In this document: positions 62,857-64,000 of the stretch, one piece after another
Numbering within the stretch: the first letter of the stretch is position 1
Layout: each line of letters starts with the position of its first letter
Assembly: GCF_001194135.2 (NCBI RefSeq)
Contig: NC_069002.1
Span: 31,667,638 to 31,731,637, forward strand
Length of the DNA: 64,000 bases
Reading direction: 5' to 3'
Origin: Octopus bimaculoides
Taxonomy: Eukaryota
Made by a program: the position numbers and the translations under genes
Notes under the pieces: generated by a model
Database searches by the model: none
Seen by the model: only the letters and a program-made list of their open reading frames with translations
What the model was told of the DNA's origin: nothing

Positions 62857-64000
62857 NNNNNNNNNNNNNNNNNNNNNNNNNNNNNNNNNNNNNNNNNNNN
62901 NNNNNNNNNNNNNNNNNNNNNNNNNNNNNNNNNNNNNNNNNNNNNNNNNNNNNNNNNNNNNNNNNNNNNNNNNNNNNNNNNNNNNNNNNNNNNNNNNNNN
63001 NNNNNNNNNNNNNNNNNNNNNNNNNNNNNNNNNNNNNNNNNNNNNNNNNNNNNNNNNNNNNNNNNNNNNNNNNNNNNNNNNNNNNNNNNNNNNNNNNNNN
63101 NNNNNNNNNNNNNNNNNNNNNNNNNNNNNNNNNNNNNNNNNNNNNNNNNNNNNNNNNNNNNNNNNNNNNNNNNNNNNNNNNNNNNNNNNNNNNNNNNNNN
63201 NNNNNNNNNNNNNNNNNNNNNNNNNNNNNNNNNNNNNNNAATCACTGCATTTTAGTTTGAAATAATTGTTTCTAGGTTAAAATAATGGCAACACATTTTA
63301 TATAGATATGTGTGTGTGTGTGTGTGTGTGTGTGCGCGTGTATATATATTTTTATATATATATATATATATATATACATACATGTGTATAGTCCAGAAAT
63401 GACATCCAGAGATTCTCAGTGTAATTGCCTCTATATATGGGTGTTTTTATGTATGTATATATATATATATGTGTGTGTGTATGTATACATGTGTATATAT
63501 GTACATGTGTTTATATATATATTTGCATATATATGTGTATGTATATGTGTGTGGGTCAAATATGAATAATTTGTAGGCTGTAGTAAAGATGTTTTTTTGT
63601 TTTGAGGAAAAAAATAAATTAAATATTTTTCTGATCCATGGTAGGGATGTGCCCAAGATTAAAAAAATTCCCACCTGAACCAACAACATAAACTTTGTGT
63701 CTTAACTTCCATATTTGTGGAATTTTCTAGAAGTTTGGTGACTGCAGACCATCACTAGTTGTGTCAGAACCTGTTTAGTACACACACATGTATACATATA
63801 CACATGCATTCATATATATATACATATATACACATACATAAACACATATCTATACATGTGTATGTATATGTACATGTGTGTGCATATACACATATACATA
63901 TATATATATACCAACAGATATATATATGACGGACTCCCCCATCATTAGATGACAAATCAAAGTTCAACAATTTCTTACCAAACAACCACACAAATGATTT

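Overview
AT-rich, gap-ridden (N runs) eukaryotic DNA. Its repeat content (tRNA-derived SINEs, RTE-type tails, dense TA/CA/AAT/GAT microsatellites) points to an octopod cephalopod draft assembly; that is inference from repeat style. I see no complete, recognisable protein-coding gene, and almost every ORF in the supplied track is a microsatellite, minisatellite or N-gap artefact. The window is mostly interspersed repeats: three or four tRNA-headed SINE families, a headless modular element with an RTE-like tail, TTAA-type, hAT-type and mariner-derived MITEs, a Helentron/HINE-like element, decayed mariner/Tc1 transposases, RTE LINE remnants and five minisatellites. Several CpG-richer islands carry splice donors that look like promoters or first exons (about 28, 33.9, 35.8, 60.1 and 61 kb), and there are weak candidate terminal exons of a minus-strand gene at the right edge. 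The best novelty candidate is a minimal type I hammerhead ribozyme fold (40191-40246) inside a Penelope-like inverted repeat, whose antisense arm carries a catalytically deleted copy. Repeat boundaries are approximate unless TSD/TIR positions are given.
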